Of a DNA stretch of 64,000 nucleotides, positions 29,649 through 43,621 are shown in pieces (the stretch's first letter is position 1; the number at the start of each line of letters is the position of its first letter). Origin of the DNA: Octopus vulgaris (Eukaryota); NCBI GenBank assembly GCA_951406725.2, contig OX597824.1, positions 26,226,001-26,290,000 of the forward strand, read 5' to 3'. The notes under the pieces were generated by a model. That model did no database searches. It was not told where the DNA came from and saw only the letters and a program-made list of their open reading frames with translations. The position numbers and the translations under genes are program-made.

Positions 29649-29803
29649 AGTATTTCTGTCAATCTGTTCGTCTATCTGTCTGTCTGTCTCTATCTATCTA
29701 TCTATCTACCTACCTGTCTGTATGTCTGTTTGTCAGTCTGTCTGTCTGCCTACCTGCCTGCCTGCCTGCCTGCCTACCTACCTACCCACTTACCTACCTA
29801 CCA

Positions 29804-29879
<76 letters not shown>

Positions 29880-31116
29880 GTCAGTCTGTCTGTCTGTCTG
29901 TCTGTCTACATACATACACGCATACATACATACATACATACATACATACATACATGCATACCTATATCTACAGACACGTGCCACTAGCTCCTAACAGCAG
30001 CAACGATGGGGAACGACGGTGACCGTGACCTTAATGGCGGTGACGACGATGACGATGACGACGAATACCACCACCATCACCACCACCACCACCACCACCA
30101 CCACCACCACCACCACCACCACCACCACCACCACCACCACCACCACCACCACCACCAACACCACCACCACCACCACCACCACCACCACCAACAACACCAC
30201 ACCACAACACACACCACCACCAACAACACCACCACCAACAACACCACCACCAACAACAACACCACCACCACCAACAACACCACCACCACCACCAACACCA
30301 CCAACACCACCGCCACCTCAGCTACAACCTTACGACGACGACAACAACAACGACCTCGCGAACATTATTACTACTTGTAGAGACATGTACACATGTATGA
30401 AAAACGTTTAAGTTTTTCATTATTACAACATTTCTTCGAGATCGACTTTGCAATTTATCTTTTACAAGCCGAGCCCTCCCAAACCCCACTAAAGTTTCAG
30501 GCCCTGTACCTACCTATTGCAGAAAGAATTATTATGACAGAACTCTTAACTATTGCTACCTATTTCACCTTACTCATCGATATGCGTTCACTGTTGTCGC
30601 TGTGTGATTTTGTGGTTGACCTAAATATGCCCTCAGCTGTGTGTTGTCTATACTCCAATGAACGCAGATTTTTATCGAGATTTTTACACACTGTAACGTT
30701 TAATACGGCGCTAAAATTTGTATGTATCGCAACTGAGCCGAATTCAGTGGATAGTGGAAAGAAAAAAAAGATGGAATACTTCTAATATAACTTATTTACA
30801 TACATACATAATACATACACACATACATACATAATACATACATACATACATACATATACACATACATACATACATACATACATACATACATACATACATA
30901 CATACATACATACATACATACAAATGCATATGCTTGTGTGTATGTGTGTGTGTGTGTTTAGGAGTGGGTGTGTGGTAAGTAGCTTGCTTACCAACCACAT
31001 GGTTTCGGGCTCAGTCACACTACGCGGTACCTTGGGAAAGTGTCTTCTACTATAGCCTCGGGCCGACCAAAGCCTTGTGAGTGGATTTGGTAGATGGAAA
31101 CAGATAAAAGCCCGTC

Positions 31117-31186
<70 letters not shown>

Positions 31187-31220
31187 CGGCGTACGTACAC
31201 TTTGTTCTCTTATATATATA

Positions 31221-31411
31221 CTAGCAGTATCGCCCGGCGTTGCTCGGGTTTGTAAGGGAAATAACTATATAAGCATTTTTAGAGAAGGGCTCGATATGAA
31301 TCACGACTATAAGATACCCAGTTTTGGTTAAACTGCACCACAAAATGTGGGAGTAGTTAGGAATCTAAATCGTAGGAGACAGACAGCACACAACCTCACT
31401 TTTATATATAA

Positions 31412-31414
<3 letters not shown>
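31221..31414 (-). mobile_element. Internally deleted non-autonomous Helitron
   Basis: Shares both ends with 2261-2654. Confidence 0.8.
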
Positions 31415-31458
<44 letters not shown>

Positions 31459-31513
31459 TGTTTGTGCGTCTGTGTTTGTCCCCTCTCTGTCGCTTGACAA
31501 CCGATGTTGGCGT

Positions 31514-32272
31514 ACGGTCCTCTATTTCAGAGATGAAGAATTATGCGCATTATTTACATTATTTACATTTGACGGATATTTGTCCTCATCTTGTTTGTTG
31601 TTAACACAGCGTTTCGGCTGATATACCCTCCAGCCTTCATCTGGTGTCTTGGGGGAAATTTCGAACCTGGGTTCTCAATCCTAAGGTAGTTTTCGATGTT
31701 ATTCTTCTTATTATTGTTGAGTGAGACAGCAGTGCATGCCATTAAAGTGACACAGGGATAAAATATACAAAGCCCAGTATACCCATCATGACTACCCGTC
31801 TGATAAGGGTACACCAGGCACATGCATCACAACCATACGTGCGCGACATGGTGATCTCATATCATTATAAACAGCGCATGACCTTGCAGGTGGGGCCAGT
31901 TAGAATTTTCTTCTAGTCGAGAAGCCAATCCCGCTCAAAAGATCCCTGAATGAAGATTGGTTAAAGATGTTTCAACGAACCACCCGTATTTCCAAAGGTG
32001 AATTATCCAAACATCTAAGAATTCCTTTCAACACACGGCTATGATGCTCCCCCACTACTTGTGCTCGTGATCAGAGATGCACATATCGTCAGCCACTAAG
32101 GTACATGCTCAGCTGGTTATGGTCAAACAACTGACAAGCAAATCTGTGGTATTGAGCCGAATATTTGCTGTAGCCCATCATTTATACCAAGACAAAACAA
32201 TGTACATGATAACACTTCCAATCAGTTAAGATCAAAAGCCATGAGAGCCACTGTCTGGTACTGTATCAGGGC

Positions 32273-32340
<68 letters not shown>

Positions 32341-32517
32341 GGTCACTGCCTGGAATCGAACTCGGAATCTTGGGGTTAGTAGACCGTGCTCTTAACCACG
32401 AGCATATGAAGTAGTGGTTAAGAGCGCGGTCTACTAACCCCAAGATTCCGAGTTCGATTACAGGCAGTGACCTGAATAATAATAATGATAATAATAATAA
32501 TAATAATGATGATGATG

Positions 32518-32599
<82 letters not shown>

Positions 32600-32756
32600 C
32601 ATCGAAAAATACTTTAGGATTGAGAACCCATGTTCGAAATTTCCCCAAGACACCTGATGAAGGCTGGAGGGTATATCAACCAAAACGTTGTGTTAACAAC
32701 AAGCAAGATGAGGGCTAATATCTGTCAAATGAAAATAAAATAAATAAAGTAAATAA
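31514..32756. mobile_element. Head-to-head dimer of a tRNA-headed, HHR-tailed SINE-like element
   Basis: Order: tail(-) 31514-31710, head(-) 32340-32399, head(+) 32401-32475, (AAT)n, tail(+) 32597-32756. Flanked by CGATGTTGGCGT / CGACGTTGGCGT. Confidence 0.75.
31719..32276 (-). mobile_element. ~557-bp non-coding interspersed repeat inserted in (AAT)n
   Basis: Reverse complement of 41563-42119, with matching ends. Confidence 0.85.
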
Positions 32757-32906
32757 CGACGTTGGCGTGTTTGTGTCCCCGTAACTTAGCGGTTCGGGAA
32801 AAGAGACCGATAGAATAAGTTCTGGGGTTCATTTGTTCGACTAAAGGCGGTACTCCAGCATGGCCACAGTCAAATGACTGAACCAAATATAATATATAAA
32901 TACATG

Positions 32907-32956
<50 letters not shown>

Positions 32957-32994
32957 CATATATTTATATACACACACACACACATATATATATG

Positions 32995-33028
<34 letters not shown>

Positions 33029-33094
33029 TATACACACACATATATACACGCATACATACGTTCATATATACATATATTAATGCATATATATATG

Positions 33095-33130
<36 letters not shown>

Positions 33131-33271
33131 TATGTATATGCATATATATATATATATATATGTAGATATATATTGTTCATATATATGTGCATATATATAT
33201 GTATGTATACATATATATATATATTATTCATATATATGTGCATATATATGTGTATATATGTATTAAAAAAA

Positions 33272-33317
<46 letters not shown>

Positions 33318-33689
33318 TTATATTTATATATAAACATACATATTATTTACAATATATTATGGTTTATATTATGCTCCTTCCCCTTACCCTCAAATGTCTT
33401 CCAAAATATCACCTCGAGGCCTTTATGTAAAGTAAACCCTCTAGTACACGCTTTAATGCACTAAAGATATATGGCCCTAAATATGCGTTGCTGAAATTGG
33501 GGTGTGTTTCACATACCTGTGCGCCTTTTGTGCTACCAAATGCGGAATGTTATATATATATTTATACATGTCTTTCTTTTATCTCTTACTGGTTTCAGCT
33601 AGAGGGTTTGGCCATGCTAGGACACCGCTTTGTAGTGTAATTGGTTTTTATTTCTGTTTTTTTTTTTTTAGTGTAATTGGTTTTTATTT

Positions 33690-35198
33690 CCTGCCACGAT
33701 GAAGGTGTTCATCTGATATCTCAGAAAAAAATTTTGTCCAGACGTTCATTGAGAACCTCTTCAATTACTTCTTGCTGATTTCTGACGTTGTTTGGCAGAA
33801 TGTTAAATAGTTGTGGATCCTTGAAACCTAAGTTGTTACAGTATAGAGTGCTTATTCTAAATGGAGAAGACGTGAGCTTTTGCACAATGCAATACCATCC
33901 AGTTCGGTGGTTGACAATTTTCATTTCCAAAGTTGGGAGTTAGACCTTCCAGGATCTCTCATATGTATAGCACTGCATATCTTTCAGCTCTTCTCGCTAG
34001 GGAGTAGAGCTTAATTTCATTTAGTCTATTCCAGCATCTCATCTGTTTCGCCGAGTCAATCTTCTTCGTAGTGACGCTGGATTGCCTCAGTTCCGCCACA
34101 AGTTTGACGCTCTGCACTGACTACAGTTGGGAGTAGTAATATAGGCGACTGAGAACAACTGTTAACCATAAGTGTAGCATGGTATACTGTTTCTTTGCTC
34201 TGAATAATATCAGAAACCAATTAGATCCTCGCTTGCACAGAGTTACTATTTTAGTAATATGCACATGGAATGTTGCATTATTACTCATACGGCTTCCTAG
34301 GTCACGCACTGACTCAGACTCAGGGAATGCACTACCCATTTGTTCCGATTGTAATCTGTCTGCTGATAGTGGAGTGCTTGAAACTTCTCAGCATTGAACA
34401 GAATGTTATTGGGTTGTCCGGAAAGTTCGTAGCTTACCTTTCGACTTATTTTAGAACATGGTTGAGTCCATAAAATAGGATTTGACTACACCTCCATTTA
34501 GAGCACAGCTTAAGCTATCTTTGAAGCTATCGTGGAAGAAGATTTATATTCCTTATAACCTGTGTTAATTCTGTAGCCCTTTAAAATGGAAGATAAGAAA
34601 GTTCGTTTTCGGCACTTGATGCTTTGGGAACCAGACAAAAATTGCTGCAGCTCGGCTGGGATGTGGTACCCCACCCTCCATATTCACCAGATATTGTTCC
34701 TTCGGATTTCCACTTATTCAGGTCTCTGCAGAATAGTCTTAATGGTAAAAATTTCAATTCTTTGGCTGACGTAAAAAGATACCTTGATGAATTCTTTGCC
34801 ATAAACCACCTCAATTCTTGGAAGAGGGTATTTTCAAGTTAAAGGAGAGATGGAGACGCATTGTGCAACAAAATGGTTTATATTTGGTTGATTAAAAATG
34901 TAATGAATAAATGTATTTATTGACCTTTTTCTTTCCTTTAAAAATCGGCACGAACTTTCCGGACAACCCAATATTTTCTTTAGCTCATCTGTATACTGTA
35001 CGCAGATCGTTCTGCAGTTTTAATATCATCAAGGTACTTCATCGCCTGTGATACTTTTGTATCGTCAGCGTAGCTTGTGAGAGTGGCTGTATGGCTTAGG
35101 GCATGTCCGAAAGAACCTCCTCAAATAGTGGAATAGTGGTTCCAGTACTGTTCCTTGACGGACTTTGCTGTGGATTGATGTTTCCCTAGAGAGAGAGT

Positions 35199-35266
<68 letters not shown>

Positions 35267-35760
35267 GCACCGCTGGCTGCAACTGTCTTCTTTCTATCTT
35301 TTAGAAAGTTATCCAATGTTACCCAGGTCACGCATTTTGCGACATATCATTCCATGACCAGCTTTGTCAAAGGCCTTGGCAAAGTCGCGATATATCACAT
35401 CTACATTTGAGTGGTTGAGCTGCTGTTTCGGGATCCAGTCGTAACGCTGTAGTAGCTGTGTGAGGCAGCTCCTCCCCGGACAGAAGCCGAGGAGGTTGTA
35501 TGTTTGTGACCAGGTTATTTTTTTTTTCTAGAAACGAGATTTGTCTCTTTCTGACGATGCGTTTCATTTTCTTGCTAACATGAGGTGCCAGAGAGATAGG
35601 CCTGTCATTTTTAGCATCCGCACTGCTATCTCTTTTATGAACAGAGCACATGGTACATACTTTTAACAGTTTAGGAAGTTCACCACAATCAAGGGAACGC
35701 TGAAAAAGTATCTGTAGTGGTGGTTTTGCGAGAGCTTTCATGCATGTCTTTAAAAGAATG
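33690..35760 (-). mobile_element. Old degenerate CR1 LINE (RT region), relative of the intact copy
   Basis: KALAKP..RPISL..HVSK, VRQGTVLEPL, YADD-like region, VRDLG, LGFKDPQLFNILP. Confidence 0.85.
34409..34971 (+). mobile_element. Internally deleted mariner nested in the old CR1
   Basis: TIRs TTGGGTTGTCCGGAAAGTTCGT / ACGAACTTTCCGGACAACCCAA with TA TSD. MEDKKVRFRHLML is joined to HPPYSPDIVPSDFHLFRSLQNSL. Confidence 0.92.
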
Positions 35761-35837
35761 TTTCTGCATGCAAAGTGTAAAAGGCCTCTGATATTTGTGT
35801 GTGTGTGTGTGTGTGTGTGTGTACATATATATATGTA

Positions 35838-36009
35838 GGCGTAGGAGTGGCTGTGTGGTATATAGCTTGCTTACCTACCACATGGTTCCAGGTTGAGTCC
35901 CACTGCGTGACACCTTAAGCAAAGTGTCTTCTACTATAGCCTCGGGCCGACCAAAGCCTTGTGAGTGGATTTGGTAGACGGAAACTGAAAAAAGCTCGTC
36001 GTATAAATA

Positions 36010-36085
<76 letters not shown>

Positions 36086-36304
36086 CGTGTGTGTTGGTGT
36101 GTCTGTGTCCCCCCAACATCGCTTAACAACCGATGCCGGTGTATTTACGTCCCCGTAACTTAGCGGTTCAGCAAGAAGACTCCGACAAAATAAGTACTAG
36201 GCTTACAAAGAATAAGTCCTGGGGTCGATTTGCTCGACTAAAAAGCGGTACTCCAGCATGGCCGCAGTCTCATGACTGAAACAAGTAAAAGAGTAAAAGA
36301 GTAT
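35838..36304 (+). mobile_element. SINE family A (full length)
   Basis: As 11215; tail (GTAAAAGA)n. Confidence 0.9.
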
Positions 36305-36433
36305 GTATCAATATTTAGCAGAAGCAATAGAGTAACTCAAAGGCCGAGAGTTTCGTGCGTTGGCACTTATCAAATGCATACGCTCATATTTTGAGTTCTT
36401 ATTTTCCTGTGTGCATCAGTATACCTATACACA

Positions 36434-36504
<71 letters not shown>

Positions 36505-37100
36505 ACAAAATAATAATAAAAACACATGCATATATACATACATATATGTAAAAATACAAATAAAAACAGTAAAAGACAGGACAAGGACAATAACAGTAAA
36601 AACAGACGGTGAGGTCTGTTAAGCCGAAACGAAAGGAAAAATTATTTTGAACGCTATGAGAAAAACGGCTTAAGAGAGGGACAGAAAAGCCGTCCACTCT
36701 TGTTGAAGACAGTAGTCAGAAAGAAAGTAGCCCTCTGGTCACATGTCAGCGACGAGATGAAGGAGGAGGAGTAAGAGAAAAGGAACGGTGAAAGGGAGAG
36801 AAAAATAAGGAAGGGTGGTAGAGGAAACCAGAAAGAATGAAGAATAAGAGATGGCGAGAGACAGTAAAGTTAAGAGTGCGCATCATAATTATTAAGATAA
36901 AACTTACTTGGAAGTGGATGCGTGGCGTTCGATCATATAATAACAAAATATATGATTCGGCCGCATGATTCTATCGAGATAGGTTCTTGTGATGGGGCCG
37001 AATCAGTCTGTTTTAACTAATAACACCAACTAAATGTGTTGAGTGCCGCTTTCTTTTGTTTGTTCACCCACACGTATATGTATATGCATATGTACATACA

Positions 37101-37167
<67 letters not shown>

Positions 37168-37500
37168 TTATCTATACATGCATGCATACATACATACATA
37201 CATACATACATACACACATATACATGCATACATACATGCATACATACATACATACATACGAACATACATGTATACATTTCTGTATATACATACATACGCG
37301 CGCACACACACATACACACACATATATATAGTTCAAATTTACAAAGAAAAAATGAAGATAAGTGTAGGAACAAGAAGTGTTTTAGTTTAACACTCGGTAA
37401 AAATGAAGAAATCTTCTACGTTTCGAGCCTCGTCGACAGAAAGGATAAGAGGGAAAAACGGAGAGAGAAAAACTATATATGTGTGTGTGTATGTGCGTGT

Positions 37501-37542
<42 letters not shown>

Positions 37543-37888
37543 ACGCGTGTGTGAGTGTGTGTATGTGCGTGTATGTGTTTTATATACATGCAGGGAAACA
37601 GCAATTATCTTTTCAACAACAACAACCTTGGGCCTCTTTCTGACTCTTGGACATATATACAAAATAAAAAAAAACAAAAAAATAACACAGTACCCATGAC
37701 TTTCGGAAACATTTTTTCATACTCAGAATTGCTGAAGCATGAAATAAACTACCTGCATCAGTCGTTAGCTGTTGAGATACCACATCCTTCCAAACTTCCA
37801 TTCTTCCTGAAATTCGCCAACAGTACACTTGATAGCTTTTTTTTTCTTGTATACACCTGAGCACCGTATACAACAATTTCATTACATA

Positions 37889-38233
37889 CTAGCACTATGA
37901 CCCGACAACGCCGGGTTATAGTGCTAATGCATGCATATACAACTGTGTGCGTGCACACATACACGCGAGTACTGTCCAAATCTCCGACTAATCACATACA
38001 TCTAGCTGGCATTCAATTGGAGTATCAAGTTTCGGGCATTTGATTGGGTTTTGGATAGAAATTTCACAAAAAGTCACTTCTATTGATTTTTTAATGGCTT
38101 TGCGGGGTGACTGGGAAAATGTAAAGATGTGCACGACCATCCTTGGACGGTTTTGAAGGCCCATAGAAAGTGCGAACCCTCTAACTGAAAAATTGTGGAT
38201 TTGCATAAAGAACACACACACAGACATTTTGCC

Positions 38234-38240
<7 letters not shown>
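37889..38240 (-). mobile_element. Non-autonomous Helitron (second subfamily)
   Basis: CTAG end next to the hairpin TAGCACTATGACCCG..CGGGTTATAGTGCTA; the other end resembles the 20140-20159 terminus. Confidence 0.55.
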
Positions 38241-38277
<37 letters not shown>

Positions 38278-38784
38278 TTATCAAAGCTATCACACCATTG
38301 CGTATATTGTGCATTTTAAGGGAATTAGCAGTGAGTCTGGCTAATCTTATCCCTACACTTATATTTGATCGTTTCCCTAGACTAAGATGTAGTTATAGAC
38401 CTACTTAAGATTTCTACACATAAGATCATGAAAGAATTGTAATTTGATACATGGCGTATCCGAATACACTTGGCAGGTAGTTGAACATAAACCACCTGCT
38501 TATATATAGTACCTCACCCTCGTATCTTAATTGAATAATTTATACACGAAGACATCAAAACCTATTTAGTAATAATATTCATATCAAGATAAAATAGTAA
38601 TTTGATCTGTAATATCTTTATGACTCAATATAAGGAATAATTATGTTCCTAGTTTGGATGAAAAAGATCAGACAAAGTGATTTACAATTTATAAAATGCA
38701 AAATGAAATCCCAAATGAAAGCGACTAAAATCAGAAGCTAAGAACTCTAATTAGTACTTGTCAAATATTAGAGGATTGTGATTA

Positions 38785-39260
38785 CCAACCACATGGCTCT
38801 GGGTTCAATACCACTGCGTGGCACCCTAGACAAGTGTCTTCTCCTATAGCCTCGGGCCAACCAAAGTCTTGTGAGTAGATTTGGTAGATGGAAATTTAAA
38901 TGAATCTTTCGTCTCTCTCTCTCTCTCTCTCTCACCCCTCTCTCTCTATATATATAAATATGTAGGGAGACAGAGAGGGAGATGTGTGTGTATGTATGTA
39001 TGTATATATACATGTATATGTGTGTGAATATGTGTTTGTGTGTATGTTTTCATGTGTGTGTTTGTGTTTTTTCCCTACAACCGCTTGACAACCGGTTTTG
39101 TTGTGTTCACGTTCCCGTAACTGAGCGGTTCAACAAAAGAGGCTGATAGAATAAACACCAGGCTTTAAAAAAAGTACTGAGGCCGATTAGTTCGACTAAA
39201 ATTGTTCAAGATGGTGCCCCAGCATGGCCACTGTCTGGTGACTGAAATAAACGATAAAAG
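38785..39260 (+). mobile_element. Older SINE family A copy
   Basis: Diverged head, internal microsatellites, tail GGTGCCCCAGCATGGCC. Confidence 0.75.
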
Positions 39261-39335
39261 GCATATATATGTATATACATGTATATGTATGCATCTCTGT
39301 TTCTCTATCGTGTGCGATCTCCCTCTGTTTACCTA

Positions 39336-39415
<80 letters not shown>

Positions 39416-39453
39416 CGAGACGTACGTGAATAACTCCATTTTTTAAGCATATA

Positions 39454-40988
39454 CAGGGTGTTCAAAAAGTCTCTCCGCTCTAAGTATTTCATTGAAAATT
39501 AAATATTTATAAAATGGTATAAGACTACAAAAGAATATATTAGACTTTAAAAAACTTTATAAGAGGTGTTGAAAGTTTCGTCCTTCGTTTTCAATACATA
39601 TGTTGACTCTTCTAAATACATCTTTGAAATACATCTTGGAGAGTCTAATGCGCTATGGACCGTGGGAAGGTTATGATTGCGTCTTTCAGCTCATTAATGG
39701 TTTTCGGGCGATCCTTTACTTGCTTGCCGGAGAAAAAAGTATGGCAGTGTTGAATTAGGTGATCTTGGTGGCCAAAGTCCCTTCGAAATAATCCGCTCAC
39801 CGAAAAACTCTTGAAGTAGCACCATGGTGATGCGCGAAGTATGTGCAGTAGCTCCATCTTGCTGAAAGTATGCATTATTAATTTCACTTTCAGTGAGTTG
39901 GCCTACAAAAGGATAGACAATATTTGAGCAATATCTCTCTGTGTTGATGGTGTCTTCCAAAAAATATCGGGCCCACAACACTCTTTCTCGAAATTTCTAT
40001 CCATACTCCAACTTTTTCGGAATGCAGAGGTTACTCATGCGACTCGTGTGGATTCTCGGTGCTCCATAACCTTGTGTTTTGTGAATTTATGTGTCCCGAC
40101 AGATGAAACCAAGCCTCATCGGTGTAAAAACACCCATCCAGCTCTTCTATGCATTTTTCGACAAGAAAGTTTTGGAACCAATGATAATAATGAAGCCTTT
40201 TAGCATGATCCGTAGTCTTCAATTTATACACGAAGACATCAAAACCTATTTAGTAATAATATTCGTATCAAGATAAAATAGTAATTTGATCTGTAATATA
40301 TCTATGACTCAATATAAGGAATAATTATGTTCCTAGTTTGGATGAAAAAGATAAGACAAAGCGATTTAAAACCTATAAAATGCAAAATGAAATCCCAAAT
40401 GAAAGCGACTAAAACCAGAAGCCAAGTACTCTAATTAGTACTTGTCAAATATTAGAGGATTGTGATTACCAACCACATGGCTCTGGGTTCAATATCACTG
40501 CGTGGTACCTTAGACAAGTCTTTGTATGGAAAGAAACTTAATTTCTTTTTTAATGCTGTGTGAGGACTTCCTAGGCTGATTTCCGTTTCCCGTGACAATT
40601 TGCGTAAAGACTTTGACGGGCTTGCCAAGAGTTTATCTGAAATATTGGAGAGTGTTTCGTCTGAAAGAACAGTAGACCTACCGCTTCTTTCTGCGTCTTC
40701 CATTGAGCCTGTGTCTCTAAATTTTCTTATCAAATCCCGCAAAGTGTCACGATATGGGATAATAGTATTTGGAAAAGTTTCACTGAACTTCTGTTTCACG
40801 GTATCTGTGTATTTGTTTCCAGCTCGAAACACCCATTCAACTAAAAAACGTACGTTCTTCAAAGCTTATCATGTCGACACGCTGAAAAGTACACAATGAC
40901 TGACACCCGGCTGCCCACGCAGTGATAGCCAAGTTGCGCATGCGCAGGATGGAAAAATTCACTGCAGGGAGACTTTTTGAACAACCTG
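39454..40988 (-). mobile_element. Tc1/mariner DD41D (rosa/Visitor)-like transposon, pseudogenised
   Basis: TIRs CAGGGTGTTCAAAAAGTCTC / GAGACTTTTTGAACAACCTG with TA TSD. HTH ..LIRKFRDTGS..RSGR, FYTDEAWFHLSGHINSQN, FQQDGATAHT and WPPRSP. Confidence 0.9.
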
Positions 40989-41195
40989 TATTTACCTCCA
41001 GTTTCACTATCACTTCCCTTCACATTTTCTGAAAAAGAAAATGGAAAACAATTGCACGTAAATTGTAAATATTCCTAACATGTTTTGACGTGTAGTGTAC
41101 CTAAAATGACTCGATTCAATATAATCTTTCTTCCTGCTTCACCCTCGTATAAATTGCTTTTCCAAGAAATATTGCTATTTCATTATTCACGCCAG

Positions 41196-41279
41196 ACGAT
41201 TGCACCACCATTTCTTAATCGGTGCGTTCAATAATAGGTTGCAAGGCGGATATCCGTTTGTCGTACAAGTAATAAAAAC
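41196..41279 (+). CDS. Candidate exon of the copine-like gene
   Basis: ccag|...AC|gtaatt, encoding RLHHHFLIGAFNNRLQGGYPFVVQVIK. The terminal AC joins the first C of exon 56510 in frame (Thr). Confidence 0.45.
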
Positions 41280-41498
41280 GTAATTTAAAAATTTGGCTCA
41301 TGTCCAGCAATAGTGGTAACTCGATTAAATCGACCCCAGTGCTTCGCTGGTATTTAAAAAATTTTTTTTATAGGGTTCGAAAGGATGAAAGGGAAAGTCG
41401 GCCACCGCAGAATAGGAACTGAAAACATAAAGACGGACTAAATGCCGCTAAACATTCCGCCCGGCGTGCTAACGATTCTGCCAGCAAACCGCATAACC

Positions 41499-41562
<64 letters not shown>

Positions 41563-41565
<3 letters not shown>

Positions 41566-42119
41566 GCCCTGATGCAGTACCAGGCAGTGGCTCTCATGGC
41601 TTCTGTTCTTAACCGATTGGAAGTGTTATCATGTACATTGTTTTGTCTTGGTATAAAAGATGGGCTACAGCAAATATTCTGCTCAATACCACAGATTTGC
41701 TTGTCAGTTGTTTGACCTTAACCAGTTGAGCATGTCCCTTAGTGGCTGACGATATGTGCATCTCTGATCACGAGCAGAAGTAGTGGGGGAGCATCATAGC
41801 CATGTGTTGAGAGGGAGTCTTTGGGGTTTGAATAATTCACCTCTGGAAACATGGGTGGTTCTTTCAACATCCTTAAACAACCCTTATTCAGGGACCTTTT
41901 GAGCGGGATGGGCTACTCAACCTGAAGAAAATTCTAACTGGGCCCCACCTGCAAGGTCATGTGCTGTTTATCTTGATATGAGATCACCATGTCGCGCACA
42001 TATGGTTGTGATGCATGTGCCTGGTGTACCTTTATCAGACGGGTAGTCATCATGGGTATATTGGGCTTCGTATATTTTACCCCAGTGTCACTTTGATGGC
42101 ATGCACTGCTCTCTCACTC
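41563..42119 (+). mobile_element. ~557-bp non-coding interspersed repeat inserted in (AAT)n
   Basis: Second copy of 31719-32276; (AAT)n on both sides. Confidence 0.85.
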
Positions 42120-42166
<47 letters not shown>

Positions 42167-42192
42167 GATAATGATAATAATAATAATAATAA

Positions 42193-42866
42193 AGACTTGA
42201 CAGAGTTGGCCAATATCTACACTGGCTTATAAGTCGGCATTACAATATCAAAACTGCCGACAAGTGGTATAATCACCACCCTGAAGCTGTAACTGAAGGA
42301 GAAAATGTAACGATTCTGTGGGACTTTCCAGTACATACAGACCGAACCATCAAAGCCAATAAACCGGATATTGTTGTGAAAGACCAAAACAATAAAGTTT
42401 GCTTATTGATCGACATGAGCATCCCCTGTGATCATAATATCTCGGCGAAAAAATTTGACAAGCTCAGAAAATATAAAGACCTGCTCATTGAAATGGAGAA
42501 AATGTGGCATCTCAGGGCGGTTACAATACCAGTGATCGTAGGAGCACTAGGAATGATCAAGAAGGGAAAAGAAAATTATATGAGAATGATCCCTGGCTTA
42601 CCATCCCTGCAAGAAGTGCAAAAGATTGTCTTAACTGGTACATCACACGTATTGAGAAGAGCATTGTCGATGTGAGAACTATTACTACCCATGTATTTTA
42701 ATTTAACTTTATTTCTATCAAAAAAAAAAAAAATGAACGAACTAGTGAGTTTAGTTTAATGGCCTACCAATATATACTATGGGTTTCTTTGCCCTAGTAG
42801 TCGGGAAGACACTCGGCAAGAAATGGAAGCAAATTTGAAAGAAGAAGAAAAACCCATAAATAAAAT
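42193..42866 (+). mobile_element. R4/Dong-like RLE LINE 3' fragment in (AAT)n
   Basis: DRVGQYLHW..ILWDFPVHTDRTIKANKPDIVVKD..CLLIDMSIP.D..KYKDL..PVIVGALG. Confidence 0.85.
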
Positions 42867-42899
42867 AATACTACTAATAATAATGATACTCTTGTCTAC

Positions 42900-43345
42900 T
42901 CTTGTCATTTTCGCAAATTTCACCTACCTTTCAGTAACCTCACTCGAGGCCAGCACTTCCTCTCCACTCTCAATTTCCTTTTCAAGTGAGATTTGAAGAA
43001 ATCAATGAGAGCTCTACCAAAGAGGAATGTATGTCCTCGTGTCTTTCAGCCTTGTCCACCAAACAACCTCTATAACCAGAGTCACCAGGCAAAAGAAAAC
43101 TGCTTTGCCTGCCCGATTGGGGCAATCATTACTACAGGCTCGGCCGACAGACAGATCCATCCCACACTTGAAAGCAACTGTTCGACATAACCCCCCAAGT
43201 CAACAATGCCTGGATACTGAATGAGTGCGTGCAGAAGAGTCTCGTCACTGTGCGTACCTCGGAAAACCCATCTGCCAGCATATCAGTGCCTCACCGGTAG
43301 CACTGCCAGGCCAAGGACATCTGGAAATTATCCATGATAGTTCTC
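42900..43345 (-). mobile_element. L1/Tx1-clade LINE C-terminal fragment
   Basis: - strand MDNFQMSLAWQCYR ... ETLLHALIQ.P...YVEQLL, a degenerate CCHC region. Confidence 0.5.
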
Positions 43346-43350
43346 GATAT

Positions 43351-43413
<63 letters not shown>

Positions 43414-43570
43414 CATACATACATACATACATATATATATATATATAGGTATGTTGGTACAAACAGGAAAAGTAGAACTAAAAATCTGAGTATATGTATG
43501 TATGTGTGTGTATATGTATGTATGTATGTATGTATGTATATATGTATGCATGTATGTATGTGTATGTATG

Positions 43571-43621
<51 letters not shown>

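Larger units (their letters stand above)
30960..32885 (+). mobile_element. SINE family A split by nested insertions (Helitron 31221-31414; inverted dimer 31514-32756)
   Basis: Head at 30960-31117, middle at 31458-31513, resumes at 32757-32885. Confidence 0.8.

Noticed and set aside
32401-32475. Genuine tRNA genes (also 10599, 27515)
   Set aside because: A/B boxes are present but no complete acceptor stem is evident, and they are attached to repeat bodies; these are SINE heads.
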